Source: a bacterium
Lineage (GTDB): Bacteria > Eisenbacteria > RBG-16-71-46
NCBI GenBank assembly: GCA_043779265.1
Contig: JAYWEM010000148.1
Location: 1 to 17,890 of the forward strand
Direction of reading: 5' to 3'
Length of the DNA stretch: 17,890 nt
The notes below the pieces were generated by a model that saw nothing but the letters and a program-made list of their open reading frames with translations, ran no database searches and had not been told where the DNA came from. The position numbers and the translations under genes were made by a program. Positions 8,225 to 16,319 of this stretch are shown piece after piece (within the stretch, counting starts at the first letter, position 1; each line of letters starts with the position of its first letter).

Positions 8225-9226
8225 ATGCCCGCTCCCGAACATCTGATCCGCACGCTGATGGGCCTGTCGCGTCGCGCGATCGGCCGCTCGCGGCCGGAGA
8301 TCCTCGAAGCCACGCTCGAGGCTGCGATCCGACTCACCGATGCCGAGGGGGTGTCGGTGGTGCTCGTGAGCGGCCGTCAGGTGGAGCGCGCCTGGCGCTC
8401 TCCCGGCGCAACGGCTTCGCACGAGATTCGCGCGCGCGCCTCGGGCGATGAGCGCCTGCTGCTCGATTCCGACATGCCGAGCGCACTGCCCGACCTGCGC
8501 GAGAGCCGTCACCGCGCCGCATTCGCCTGCCCCGGTCTCGATGCGGGCCCCGTCATGCTCGTGCCGGTGCGCGTCCGAGAGAGTGAGCAGGGCCACATCG
8601 CGGTCCATCGCAGCCCGGGAGGCCTGCGATTCCAAGGCCGTGATGCGCGTGGCCTCGCACTGCTCGGGGCGTGGCTCGCCGCTGCGCTCGATGGAGTCCG
8701 GCTCGCGAGCGACCTCGAGAAACTGGCGGTGACCGACGACCTGACGCAGGTCTACAACTACCGCTATCTGAAGACGGCGCTTCGTCGCGAGATCAAGCGC
8801 GCCGGACGATTCCGCCAGCCGCTCGGCCTGCTCATGATCGATGTCGACAATCTGAAGTCCTACAACGATCGCAATGGCCACATCCGCGGCAGCTTCCTGC
8901 TCAAGGAGATCGCGCAGCTCTTCACGCGCCAGGTGCGGTCGTGGGATCTGGTCGCCAAGTACGGCGGTGATGAGTTCACGGTGATCCTGCCGCAGACCGA
9001 ACGCGAGGGAACGATGGTCGTCGGCGAGCGCCTGCGCGCTGCAGTCGAAGCGCACGCCTTCCCGCTCGCACACGCGGGCCAGATCACCGTCAGTCTCGGC
9101 GTGGCCATGTTCCCGGCCGACGGCGACAGTGCCGCTTCGCTCATCGATGCCTCCGATCGCGCGCTGTATCTCGCCAAGCGCTGCGGCCGCAACCGCATGG
9201 AGGGGGGAGAGGCGCAAGCCGCCTGA
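8225..9226 (+). CDS. GAF-GGDEF dinucleotide cyclase, Hypr-type (Asp->Ser) candidate 3',3'-cGAMP synthase
   Basis: ATG 8225 with SD-like AGGA. N-terminal GAF-like region ('ATLEAAIRLTDAEGVSVVL', 'VMLVPVRV'), linker 'TDDLTQVYNYRY', then 'MIDVDNLKSYNDRNGHIRGS', I-site 'RSWD', 'KYGGDEF', 'ITVSLGVA', 'SDRALYLAKRCGRN'. The GGDEF call is secure; product specificity is inferred. Confidence 0.92.
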   Translation: MPAPEHLIRTLMGLSRRAIGRSRPEILEATLEAAIRLTDAEGVSVVLVSGRQVERAWRSPGATASHEIRARASGDERLLLDSDMPSALPDLRESRHRAAFACPGLDAGPVMLVPVRVRESEQGHIAVHRSPGGLRFQGRDARGLALLGAWLAAALDGVRLASDLEKLAVTDDLTQVYNYRYLKTALRREIKRAGRFRQPLGLLMIDVDNLKSYNDRNGHIRGSFLLKEIAQLFTRQVRSWDLVAKYGGDEFTVILPQTEREGTMVVGERLRAAVEAHAFPLAHAGQITVSLGVAMFPADGDSAASLIDASDRALYLAKRCGRNRMEGGEAQAA

Positions 9227-9258
9227 ATCGCGCTGATCCACCGTATCGAATACGAGTT

Positions 9259-9288
9259 TTGACCCGATTCGAAGGCGGCTGTTAGCTT
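9259..9288 (+). promoter_or_regulatory. Probable sigma70-type promoter for the nucleotide-sugar genes
   Basis: TTGACC (9259-9264), 18-nt spacer, extended -10 TG-T-TAGCTT (9280-9288). Strong SD AAGGAGG at 9311-9317 before the GTG at 9323. Confidence 0.6.
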
Positions 9289-9322
9289 CCCGAGTTCGGG
9301 TGGTTCTTCCAAGGAGGCAGGC

Positions 9323-10360
9323 GTGTCGGAGCGGATCGGGATCTCGGTCGTCGGAACCGGGGATTGGGGTGCGAACCTCGTACGGAACTTCGCGAACCTC
9401 CAAGGGGCGCGCTTGGTCTCCGTGTGTGATGCGGACCCGCAGCGACTGGCCAAGACGGCAGCGCAGTATCCCGGCGTGCGTGCCGTGGCCGATGTCGCCG
9501 AAGTCGCTTCCGACCCCGAGGTCCGGGGCGTCGTCGTCGCCTCCTCCGCCGTGAGCCACTATCCGCTCGCCAAAGTGCTGCTCGAGGCGGGCAAGGATGT
9601 CTACGTCGAGAAGCCGATCACGCTCGAGGTGGAGCACGCTGAGACGCTGTGCCGGATCGCCAAGGAGAAGGGCCTCATCCTGATGGTCGGCCATCTGCTC
9701 CTCTATCACCCGGCGGTCACCTACATGAAGAAGCTGATCGACGATGGCACGATCGGCGACGTGTTCTACGTGCTCTGCCAGAGGGTCAACCTCGGCAAGG
9801 TGCGCAAGGACGAGAACGCGCTGTGGAGCTTCGCGCCGCATGACCTGTCGGTCGTCCTCTACCTGCTGGGAGCGGAGCCCGTCGATGTCGTGGCGCGTGG
9901 CGCGGCCTTCCTCCAGGAGGGCATCGAGGATGTCGTGTTCGTCGACCTGCGCTTCCCCAATGGGAAGATGGCGCACGTCCACGTCTCGTGGCTCGATCCG
10001 CACAAGGAGCGCAAGGTCACGGTCGTCGGCTCCAAGAAGATGGTCGTGTTCGACGACATGGCGCCGAGCGAGAAGATCACGATCTACGACAAGGGCGTCG
10101 ATCGCGCGGGCGAGTTCGTCTCGTATGGCGAGATGCTGACCATCCGCAGCGGCGACATCCTGATCCCCAAGGTGCCGCAGCAGGAGCCGCTCAAGCTCGA
10201 GTGCCTCCACTTCGTCGAGTGCATCCGCGATCGCAAGCGCCCGCTCACCGACGGTGTCGGCGGGCTGCGCGTGGTCAAGGTGCTGGATGCGGCTCAGAAG
10301 TCGCTCAAGAGCGGTGGCGCCCCGGTGGCGATCGCCCCGCTGCCGCAGGAGGTGTCGTGA
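9323..10360 (+). CDS. Gfo/Idh/MocA-family NAD-dependent oxidoreductase (WbpB/WlbA/GnnA-like sugar 3-dehydrogenase)
   Basis: Rossmann motif 'VVGTGDWGANLVRNF', 'GKDVYVEKP', 'LMVGH', 'LWSFAPHD', 'HVSWLDPHKERK'. Clustered with an acyltransferase and a DegT aminotransferase. Confidence 0.9.
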   Translation: MSERIGISVVGTGDWGANLVRNFANLQGARLVSVCDADPQRLAKTAAQYPGVRAVADVAEVASDPEVRGVVVASSAVSHYPLAKVLLEAGKDVYVEKPITLEVEHAETLCRIAKEKGLILMVGHLLLYHPAVTYMKKLIDDGTIGDVFYVLCQRVNLGKVRKDENALWSFAPHDLSVVLYLLGAEPVDVVARGAAFLQEGIEDVVFVDLRFPNGKMAHVHVSWLDPHKERKVTVVGSKKMVVFDDMAPSEKITIYDKGVDRAGEFVSYGEMLTIRSGDILIPKVPQQEPLKLECLHFVECIRDRKRPLTDGVGGLRVVKVLDAAQKSLKSGGAPVAIAPLPQEVS

Positions 10361-11115
10361 GCAACGTCATCCACCCGAGCGCGACGGTCGGCGAGGGCAC
10401 GACGCTCGGCGAGTTCTGCGTCATTGCGGCGAACGTCGTGATCGGCAAGGGCTGCCGCATCGCCAATCATGTCGTGATCCACGCCGACACCGTCGTCGGG
10501 GACCATGTCCGGATCGACGATCACGCCTCGCTCGGCAAGCTGCCGATGAAGGCCGCCAACTCGGCGACCACCAAGGATCAGGAACTGCCGCCACTGTCGG
10601 TGGGGGAGCTCTCCATCGTCGGCACGTCGGTCGTGCTCTACCGCGGGGCCGCGATCGACCCCAAAGTGCTGATGGCCGACCTGTGCACCATCCGCGAGAA
10701 CGTCACGATCGGGCGCGGCACGATCGTCGGCCGCGGCGTGACCGTTGAGAACTTCTGCACCGTCGGGCGCTTCTGCAAGCTCGAAAGCGAGTGCTACGTG
10801 ACGGCGTATTCGACGCTCGAGGATCGCGTCTTCATCGCGCCCGGCGTCGTCACCTCCAATGACAATTTCGTGGGCCGCACCCAGGAGCGCTTCAAGCACT
10901 TCAAGGGCGTGACCGTGAAGAAGGGCGCCCGAGTCGGCGCCGGAACCGTGACGCTCCCCGGCGTGGTCATCGCCGAGGATGCGTTGATCGCCGCAGGCTC
11001 GACCGTCACGCGCGATGTGCCGGCGCGCACCATCATGCTCGGGCAGCCGGCCAAGCGCCTGCGCGACGTCCCGACCGAACAGTTGCTCGAGAACCAGGGC
11101 TGGGTCGACTCGTAA
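10357..11115 (+). CDS. Left-handed beta-helix (hexapeptide-repeat) N-acyltransferase, WbpD/WlbB-like
   Basis: GTG overlaps the upstream stop, with SD GGAGG. Repeated hexapeptides ('IHPSATVGEGTTLGEFCVIAANVVIGKGCRI'), 'LEDRVFIAPGVVTSND', 'VKKGARVGAGTVTLPGVVI', 'AAGSTVTRDVP', 'GQPAK'. Confidence 0.88.
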   Translation: MSNVIHPSATVGEGTTLGEFCVIAANVVIGKGCRIANHVVIHADTVVGDHVRIDDHASLGKLPMKAANSATTKDQELPPLSVGELSIVGTSVVLYRGAAIDPKVLMADLCTIRENVTIGRGTIVGRGVTVENFCTVGRFCKLESECYVTAYSTLEDRVFIAPGVVTSNDNFVGRTQERFKHFKGVTVKKGARVGAGTVTLPGVVIAEDALIAAGSTVTRDVPARTIMLGQPAKRLRDVPTEQLLENQGWVDS

Positions 11116-11149
11116 TCCCACGCCGCAGACCTCAAGAGGGAGTGAATCG

Positions 11150-12271
11150 ATGTCCGCTGAAACGACCATCCAGGTGCCGTTGCTCGATCTCAAGGCGCAG
11201 TACGCCACCATCCGCGGCGAAGTCGATGAGGCTGTCCGTGGGGTGATGGAGAGCTGCCATTTCATCGGCGGCCCCGAGATCGGTGCGCTCGAGGAGGAAG
11301 TGGCGCGCTACTCGCAGTCCAAGTACGCCGTCGCCTGCGCCTCGGGTACCGACGCCCTGCTCATGGCCATGTGGACGCTCGGCATCGGCCCCGGTGACGA
11401 GGTGATCTCGCCGGCCTACTCGTTCTTCGCGACCGCCGGCACCATCGCCAACAACGGCGCCACGCCGGTGTTCATCGATGTCGACCCCAAGACCTACAAC
11501 CTCGACGTGCACCTGCTCGAGAAGGCGATCACGCCGAACACCAAGGCGGTCATCGCTGTCTCGCTGTTCGGCCAGTGCGCCGACATCCCGGCCATCCGGG
11601 CCGTGTGCGAGAAGCACAGCATCTACTTGATCGAGGATGCGGCCCAGTCGATCGGCTCGGAGTGGGAAGGCAAGCGCTCGGGCTCGATGTGCGCCTTCGG
11701 CACGTTCTCGTTCTTCCCTTCCAAGAACCTGGGCGGCGCGGGCGACGGCGGCATGGTCGTGGCGCAGACGCAGGAGCTGGCCGACAAGCTGCGGTTGCTC
11801 TGCAACCACGGCGCGAAGCCGAAATACTACCACTCTCTCGTGGGCACGAACTCGCGCCTCGATGCGCTTCAGGCCGCGATCCTGCGGGTCAAGTTGCGCC
11901 ATCTCGATCGCTGGAGCGAGCAGCGCGCCAAGAATGCCGCGCTCTACCGCGCCCTGCTCGAGGGCTCCAAGATCGGCACGCCCCACCACGACACCCGCAC
12001 CCGGCACATCTACAACCAGTTCGTCATCCGCAGCTCGAACCGTGACGGTCTCAAGAAGCACCTGAGCGACCGAGGTATCGGCACGGAGGTCTACTACCCT
12101 GTGCCGCTCCACCTGCAGAAGTGCTTCGCGCACCTCGGCTACAAAAATGGCGACATGCCGCACTCCGAGGCAGCTGCCCTCGAGACGCTGGCGCTGCCGA
12201 TCTACCCCGAGCTGTCCGAAGAGCAGATCCGTCATGTCGCGAAGTCCGTCCGCGAGTTCGCGGACGCCTGA
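11150..12271 (+). CDS. DegT/DnrJ/EryC1/StrS PLP-dependent sugar aminotransferase (WbpE/WlbC/GnnB-like)
   Basis: ATG 11150 after GAGGGAG. Motifs 'VPLLDLKAQY', 'ASGTDAL', 'IEDAAQSIG', 'FSFFPSKNLGGAGDGG' (PLP lysine), 'NSRLDALQAA', 'YYPVPLH', 'LALPIYPEL'. Confidence 0.93.
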   Translation: MSAETTIQVPLLDLKAQYATIRGEVDEAVRGVMESCHFIGGPEIGALEEEVARYSQSKYAVACASGTDALLMAMWTLGIGPGDEVISPAYSFFATAGTIANNGATPVFIDVDPKTYNLDVHLLEKAITPNTKAVIAVSLFGQCADIPAIRAVCEKHSIYLIEDAAQSIGSEWEGKRSGSMCAFGTFSFFPSKNLGGAGDGGMVVAQTQELADKLRLLCNHGAKPKYYHSLVGTNSRLDALQAAILRVKLRHLDRWSEQRAKNAALYRALLEGSKIGTPHHDTRTRHIYNQFVIRSSNRDGLKKHLSDRGIGTEVYYPVPLHLQKCFAHLGYKNGDMPHSEAAALETLALPIYPELSEEQIRHVAKSVREFADA

Positions 12272-12276
12272 TCCAC

Positions 12277-12349
12277 CGGGGCCGGCGCGAGCCGTCCCCG
12301 TCACAACCCAACGATCGCGCCGTCCACCCCGCCCGAGACGGCGCGATCG
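12277..12349. repeat. Tandem intergenic stem-loops (GNRA-capped hairpin plus perfect 13-bp inverted repeat)
   Basis: 12277-12300 CGGGGCCGGC-GCGA-GCCGTCCCCG (9 of 10 pairs, GCGA loop). 12312-12324 CGATCGCGCCGTC pairs perfectly with 12337-12349 GACGGCGCGATCG. No U-tract follows. Confidence 0.7.
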
Positions 12350-12406
12350 CGAGTCTCCCGAACGACCGCGCCGCCGGTCCCCTTCCGCTGGCGCTTGTGC
12401 GGTCCG

Positions 12407-14338
12407 ATGCCCATTCCCGATCACGATCGATTGGCGGCGTTGCTGCGGAAGGTGGACGAGGTCCGAGGGCTCAGTGCGCCCTCGCCCGCGTCCCACGCCG
12501 CCACGCTCGAGGACCCCGAGACCATCGTCCAGACGCTGGGCGAACTGGTCGAGGAGCTCGAGCGCGCCCACCGCCGGCTGATCGAGACCAACGTCCAGCT
12601 GGTCTCCCTGCGCGAGGTGGCGAGCCGCCTCGCCGAGACCGTGGACAGCGGCGAGACGACGCGCACGGTCACGCGCTACGTCCAGCGTGCCTTCGGCTTC
12701 GACCAGGTCGGGCTGCTCCTGATCGACCGCGAGCAGGGCGTGCTGACGGGATCGTGGACCACGTCGATGGGAGGCTCGGACTCGACGTCGTCCCTCGAGG
12801 TGCCGCTCGTCGGTGAGCGCGGTGCGTTGGCACGCGCTGTGTGGATGGGACGCACGCTCCTTCATCACGACTGTCAGCGGCACGCTCCCGCCATCCTGGG
12901 CGAGGATCATCCGCTGAGCTCGGCATTCGCCCAACTCGGCTCGCTGGCCTGTGTGCCGCTGGTGCGCAGCCAGCCGACGCTGCAGGGGGAGGAGGGGGTC
13001 GCCTGCTACACCGGCTGTGCCCTCGGCCACTCGCGCATGCTGGCGCCGCCTCCGGGTGATGCGTCCTCGGTGTGGTCCGCTGACCGTGAGGACGTGCAGC
13101 GGCGGTGCCTGTCCTGCCGCAACCTTCCGACGCTCGGCGTGCTCGCTATGGCTCGGGGCGCCGGCGCGCCGCCTCTGGGCCGTGCCGACCTGACGCTGAT
13201 CGAGAGCGTCGCGCTGTCGCTCGCCCCGATGATCGAGAACGCCCGATTGTTGCACGAGCTGAGGCGGAGCCAGCGCTTCCAGCAGAACGTGCTCGACTCG
13301 ATGGCCAGTGCCCTCGTCGCCGTCAATCTGCGCGGCGAGGTCCTGGGACTCAACCACACCGGAGAGGAACTGCTCGGTTGGTCCGAGGAGGATGTGCTCG
13401 GAGCCCAAGTGGGTGACGTGATGGGCGAGGAGGGGAAGCGCCTGCTCGACGACGCCATGGTCCATGGCAATGAAGTGGCGCGTCAGGAGACCCAGCTTCG
13501 AGGCCGCAACGGCGAGGCGCTGCCCGTCCGGCTGACGTCGTCGCGTCTGCGCGATGAGGATGGCCGCGTCTACGGCGCGCTCGCCACGTTCCTCGACCTG
13601 ACCCCGATCAAGCAGGCCGAGGAGCACGCGAAGCAGATGGACCGGCTCGCGGCGCTCGGCCGCTTCACCTCGAGCGTGGCGCACGAGATCCGCAATCCGC
13701 TGACCGGGATCGGCATGGGCGTGCAGCACCTGGCGCGTGCCCTGCCCGAGAGTGCCGGCCAATCCCAGAACCTCGAGTTCATCCACGGGGAGATCAAGCG
13801 CCTCGACCGGATCGTGCAGGAGCTGTTCGACGTCACGCACCCACGGCAGCTCGACCTATCACCGCGCTCGCTCGCGGACAGCGTCCGCCGCGCGCATCAG
13901 TCGCTGGCCCATCTGCTCGCCGAGCGCGGCATCGAGCTGGCGCTCGAGGCTCACGCGGATCTCGCATCGGTGCCGCATGATGGCGATCAGATGCAGCAGG
14001 TGTTCATCAACCTGATCAAGAACGCCGCCGAGGCATCGCCCGATGGCGCGGTCATCCACGTCCGGCTCGAGCGCGCGCGCGATCGTCGCGCCGCGGCCAC
14101 TGGCCCCGCTCTGCTCGCGCATGTGCGTGACGAGGGCGTCGGGATCGACCTCGAGACGTGCCGCACGCTGTTCGAACCCTTTTTCACGACGAAGCCCGGC
14201 GGGACTGGACTCGGGCTCTACATCACGCACGACATCGTCAAGCGCCATGGCGGGAGCTTGACGGTCCACAGCGAACCCGGGCGGGGGGCCACGTTCACCG
14301 TGGAACTCCCCCTCGCCCCTCAGGGAGGCAAGCGATGA
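12407..14338 (+). CDS. Cytoplasmic sensor histidine kinase (coiled coil-GAF-PAS-HisKA-HATPase), NtrB/AtoS-like
   Basis: PAS 'NVLDSMASALVAVNLRGEVLGLNHTGEELLGW', H-box 'VAHEIRNPLTGI', N-box 'QQVFINLIKNAAEA', 'DEGVGI', 'FEPFFTTKPGGTGLGL'. No obvious transmembrane segment. Start uncertain (ATG 12407 or TTG 12395). Stop overlaps the regulator ATG. Confidence 0.93.
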   Translation: MPIPDHDRLAALLRKVDEVRGLSAPSPASHAATLEDPETIVQTLGELVEELERAHRRLIETNVQLVSLREVASRLAETVDSGETTRTVTRYVQRAFGFDQVGLLLIDREQGVLTGSWTTSMGGSDSTSSLEVPLVGERGALARAVWMGRTLLHHDCQRHAPAILGEDHPLSSAFAQLGSLACVPLVRSQPTLQGEEGVACYTGCALGHSRMLAPPPGDASSVWSADREDVQRRCLSCRNLPTLGVLAMARGAGAPPLGRADLTLIESVALSLAPMIENARLLHELRRSQRFQQNVLDSMASALVAVNLRGEVLGLNHTGEELLGWSEEDVLGAQVGDVMGEEGKRLLDDAMVHGNEVARQETQLRGRNGEALPVRLTSSRLRDEDGRVYGALATFLDLTPIKQAEEHAKQMDRLAALGRFTSSVAHEIRNPLTGIGMGVQHLARALPESAGQSQNLEFIHGEIKRLDRIVQELFDVTHPRQLDLSPRSLADSVRRAHQSLAHLLAERGIELALEAHADLASVPHDGDQMQQVFINLIKNAAEASPDGAVIHVRLERARDRRAAATGPALLAHVRDEGVGIDLETCRTLFEPFFTTKPGGTGLGLYITHDIVKRHGGSLTVHSEPGRGATFTVELPLAPQGGKR

Positions 14339-15783
14339 GCAAGGCCCATATCCTGGTCGTCGACGATCAGGACTCGATCCGCCATTTCGTGGCGAAGGCC
14401 CTCGAAGACGAAGGACACACCGTCGTGACGGCCGCATCCGTCCGAGAGGCACGGGCCGCCATCGAACGCGACATGCCCGATATGGCGTTCCTCGACCTCA
14501 AGCTGCCCGACGGAACGGGGCTCGAGCTGCTGCGCGAGATCAAGCGCCTGCAGCCCGAGGTGTCGATCGTGCTCATGACCGCCTTCGGCGAGCTGGAGAC
14601 GGCGGTCGAGGCGATGAGCGCAGGCGCCTTCTGGTTCCTGAAGAAGCCATTCCAGCACGAGGAACTGATCGCCATCACCAATCGCGCGCTCGAGTCGCAG
14701 AAGATCTGGCTCGAACTGCGCCGACTGCGCCACCAGGCGTTCGCCGACGAGGACTACCTGCACTCGAGCGCGCCCTCGATGCAGGAGGCTTACGCGATCG
14801 CCGAGCAGGTGGCACGCGGCGACACGACCAGCGTGCTGATCGAAGGCGAGAGCGGCACGGGCAAGGAGTACTTCGCCAACCTCATCCACCGGATGAGCGC
14901 CCGGCACGCGCAGCCGTTCGTCGAGATCAACTGCGCCGCGATCCCGAGCGAGTTGCTCGAGAGCGAGCTGTTCGGGCACGAGAAGGGCGCATTCACCGAC
15001 GCCCGCACCCAGAAGCTGGGGCTGATGGAGCTGGCCAACGGCGGCACGCTGTTCCTCGATGAGATCGGGGAGATGTCGGCGATGCTGCAGGTGAAACTGC
15101 TGCGGGTGCTGGAGCGTCGCACGCTGCGCCGCGTCGGCGGCACCAAGGACCTCGCCGTCAATGTGCGCATCATCTCGGCGACGAACCAGGACCTGGAGAA
15201 GATGGTCCGCGAAGGCGGCTTCCGTGAGGACCTCTACTATCGGCTCAAGGTCGTGCCGCTGTTCGTGCCGCCGCTGCGCGAGCGCCGCGAGGACGTGCTG
15301 CCGCTGACGAGGCTCTTCATGGAGCGTTTCGCCAAGCAGTTCAAGAAGTCCTTCAAGGACGTCGGCCCCTCGGCCGAGCGCCTGCTCACGGACTACCCGT
15401 GGCCCGGCAACATCCGCGAGCTCAAGAACCTCATGGAGCGCACGGTGCTGCTGGAAACGGGCGAACGGCTCGAGGCTCAGCACCTCAAGCTGTCCTCGCG
15501 CAGCCGCAGTTCCTCGGAGGCCTCGATCGGCCAGCGGGTGGACGAGGCCGTGATGGGTCCGATGGGGCCCTCGGGCATCTCGTTCGAGCCCCTGCTCGAG
15601 GAAGTCGAGCGGGCCTTGATACTGCGCGCCTCGCATGCTACCAACTGGAACCAGAGCAAGACGGCGGAGCTGCTGAACCTGAAGCGCGACAAACTCCGGT
15701 ACCGGATGAAGCTCTACGGGATCCAGAACGAAGAAGAGGCCCAGGATCAGAACTCCGCATCCCCGCGTTCCTCCGCGGCGTGA
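14335..15783 (+). CDS. NtrC-family sigma54-dependent response regulator (REC-AAA+-Fis HTH)
   Basis: REC 'ILVVDDQ', 'FLDLKLPDGTG', 'MTAFG', 'KKPF'. Walker A 'GESGTGKE', 'ESELFGHEKGAFTDA', Walker B 'LFLDEIGEM', 'FREDLYYRL', 'WPGNIREL'. HTH 'WNQSKTAELLNLKRDKLRYRMK'. Confidence 0.96.
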   Translation: MSKAHILVVDDQDSIRHFVAKALEDEGHTVVTAASVREARAAIERDMPDMAFLDLKLPDGTGLELLREIKRLQPEVSIVLMTAFGELETAVEAMSAGAFWFLKKPFQHEELIAITNRALESQKIWLELRRLRHQAFADEDYLHSSAPSMQEAYAIAEQVARGDTTSVLIEGESGTGKEYFANLIHRMSARHAQPFVEINCAAIPSELLESELFGHEKGAFTDARTQKLGLMELANGGTLFLDEIGEMSAMLQVKLLRVLERRTLRRVGGTKDLAVNVRIISATNQDLEKMVREGGFREDLYYRLKVVPLFVPPLRERREDVLPLTRLFMERFAKQFKKSFKDVGPSAERLLTDYPWPGNIRELKNLMERTVLLETGERLEAQHLKLSSRSRSSSEASIGQRVDEAVMGPMGPSGISFEPLLEEVERALILRASHATNWNQSKTAELLNLKRDKLRYRMKLYGIQNEEEAQDQNSASPRSSAA

Positions 15784-15787
15784 CCCA

Positions 15788-16306
15788 TTGCCCCGCGCGC
15801 TGCGCAACGGCCTCCTGGCCGTGTGCGCGGCCGCGGGGCTCGGCGTGTCCGGTTGTGGCTACACGACGAGCAACGCGGCGCTGCCGGGGCACCTGAAGAC
15901 CGTCGCCGTGCCCACGTTCGAGAACGGCACCAGCGAGTACACGCTCGAGCAGGACATCACGCAGGCGGTGATCGACCGCCTGGTGCAGGACAACCGCCTG
16001 CGCATCGTGGACGAGCGCAGCGCCAATGCGGTGGTCCGCGGGCGCGTCATCGAGTACAAGAACTCGGTGTTCGGTTTCTCGAACTCGGCTCAGGCGCAGG
16101 AGTACCGCGTCACCATCGGCGTCCGCATCACGTTCAAGGACCAGGTCAAGAACCGCGAACTGTGGTCGGACGATCTGACCAAGACCGCCAACTACTACGT
16201 GCAGGACGTGCCCGGTCAGACGGCCAGGACGGAGCTCGATGGACGCAAAGAAGCCATCCTCAAGATCGCCGAGGAAGTCCTCAGCCGCAGCGTCGAAGGC
16301 TGGTGA
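15788..16306 (+). CDS. lptE: LptE-family LPS-assembly lipoprotein
   Basis: Signal peptide with lipobox 'GVSGC', then 'GY..', 'LPGHLKTVAVPTFEN', 'EYRVTIGVRITFKD'. Adjacent to holA and leuS, as lptE is in other diderm bacteria. Confidence 0.78.
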   Translation: MPRALRNGLLAVCAAAGLGVSGCGYTTSNAALPGHLKTVAVPTFENGTSEYTLEQDITQAVIDRLVQDNRLRIVDERSANAVVRGRVIEYKNSVFGFSNSAQAQEYRVTIGVRITFKDQVKNRELWSDDLTKTANYYVQDVPGQTARTELDGRKEAILKIAEEVLSRSVEGW

Positions 16307-16319
16307 CGAGGCGCCTGCC

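Noticed and set aside
10357..11115. LpxA or LpxD assignment for the hexapeptide-repeat protein
   Set aside because: It lacks an evident LpxA C-terminal helical domain and the LpxD N-terminal domain, and its context fits a sugar N-acetyltransferase better.
11132..13840. Long minus-strand ORFs (902 aa here; also 8069-10210, 393-2009, 14320-15807, 2503-3819)
   Set aside because: They are antisense shadows of well-supported + strand genes. High-GC codon bias suppresses stops on the opposite strand, and the translations show no recognisable motifs.
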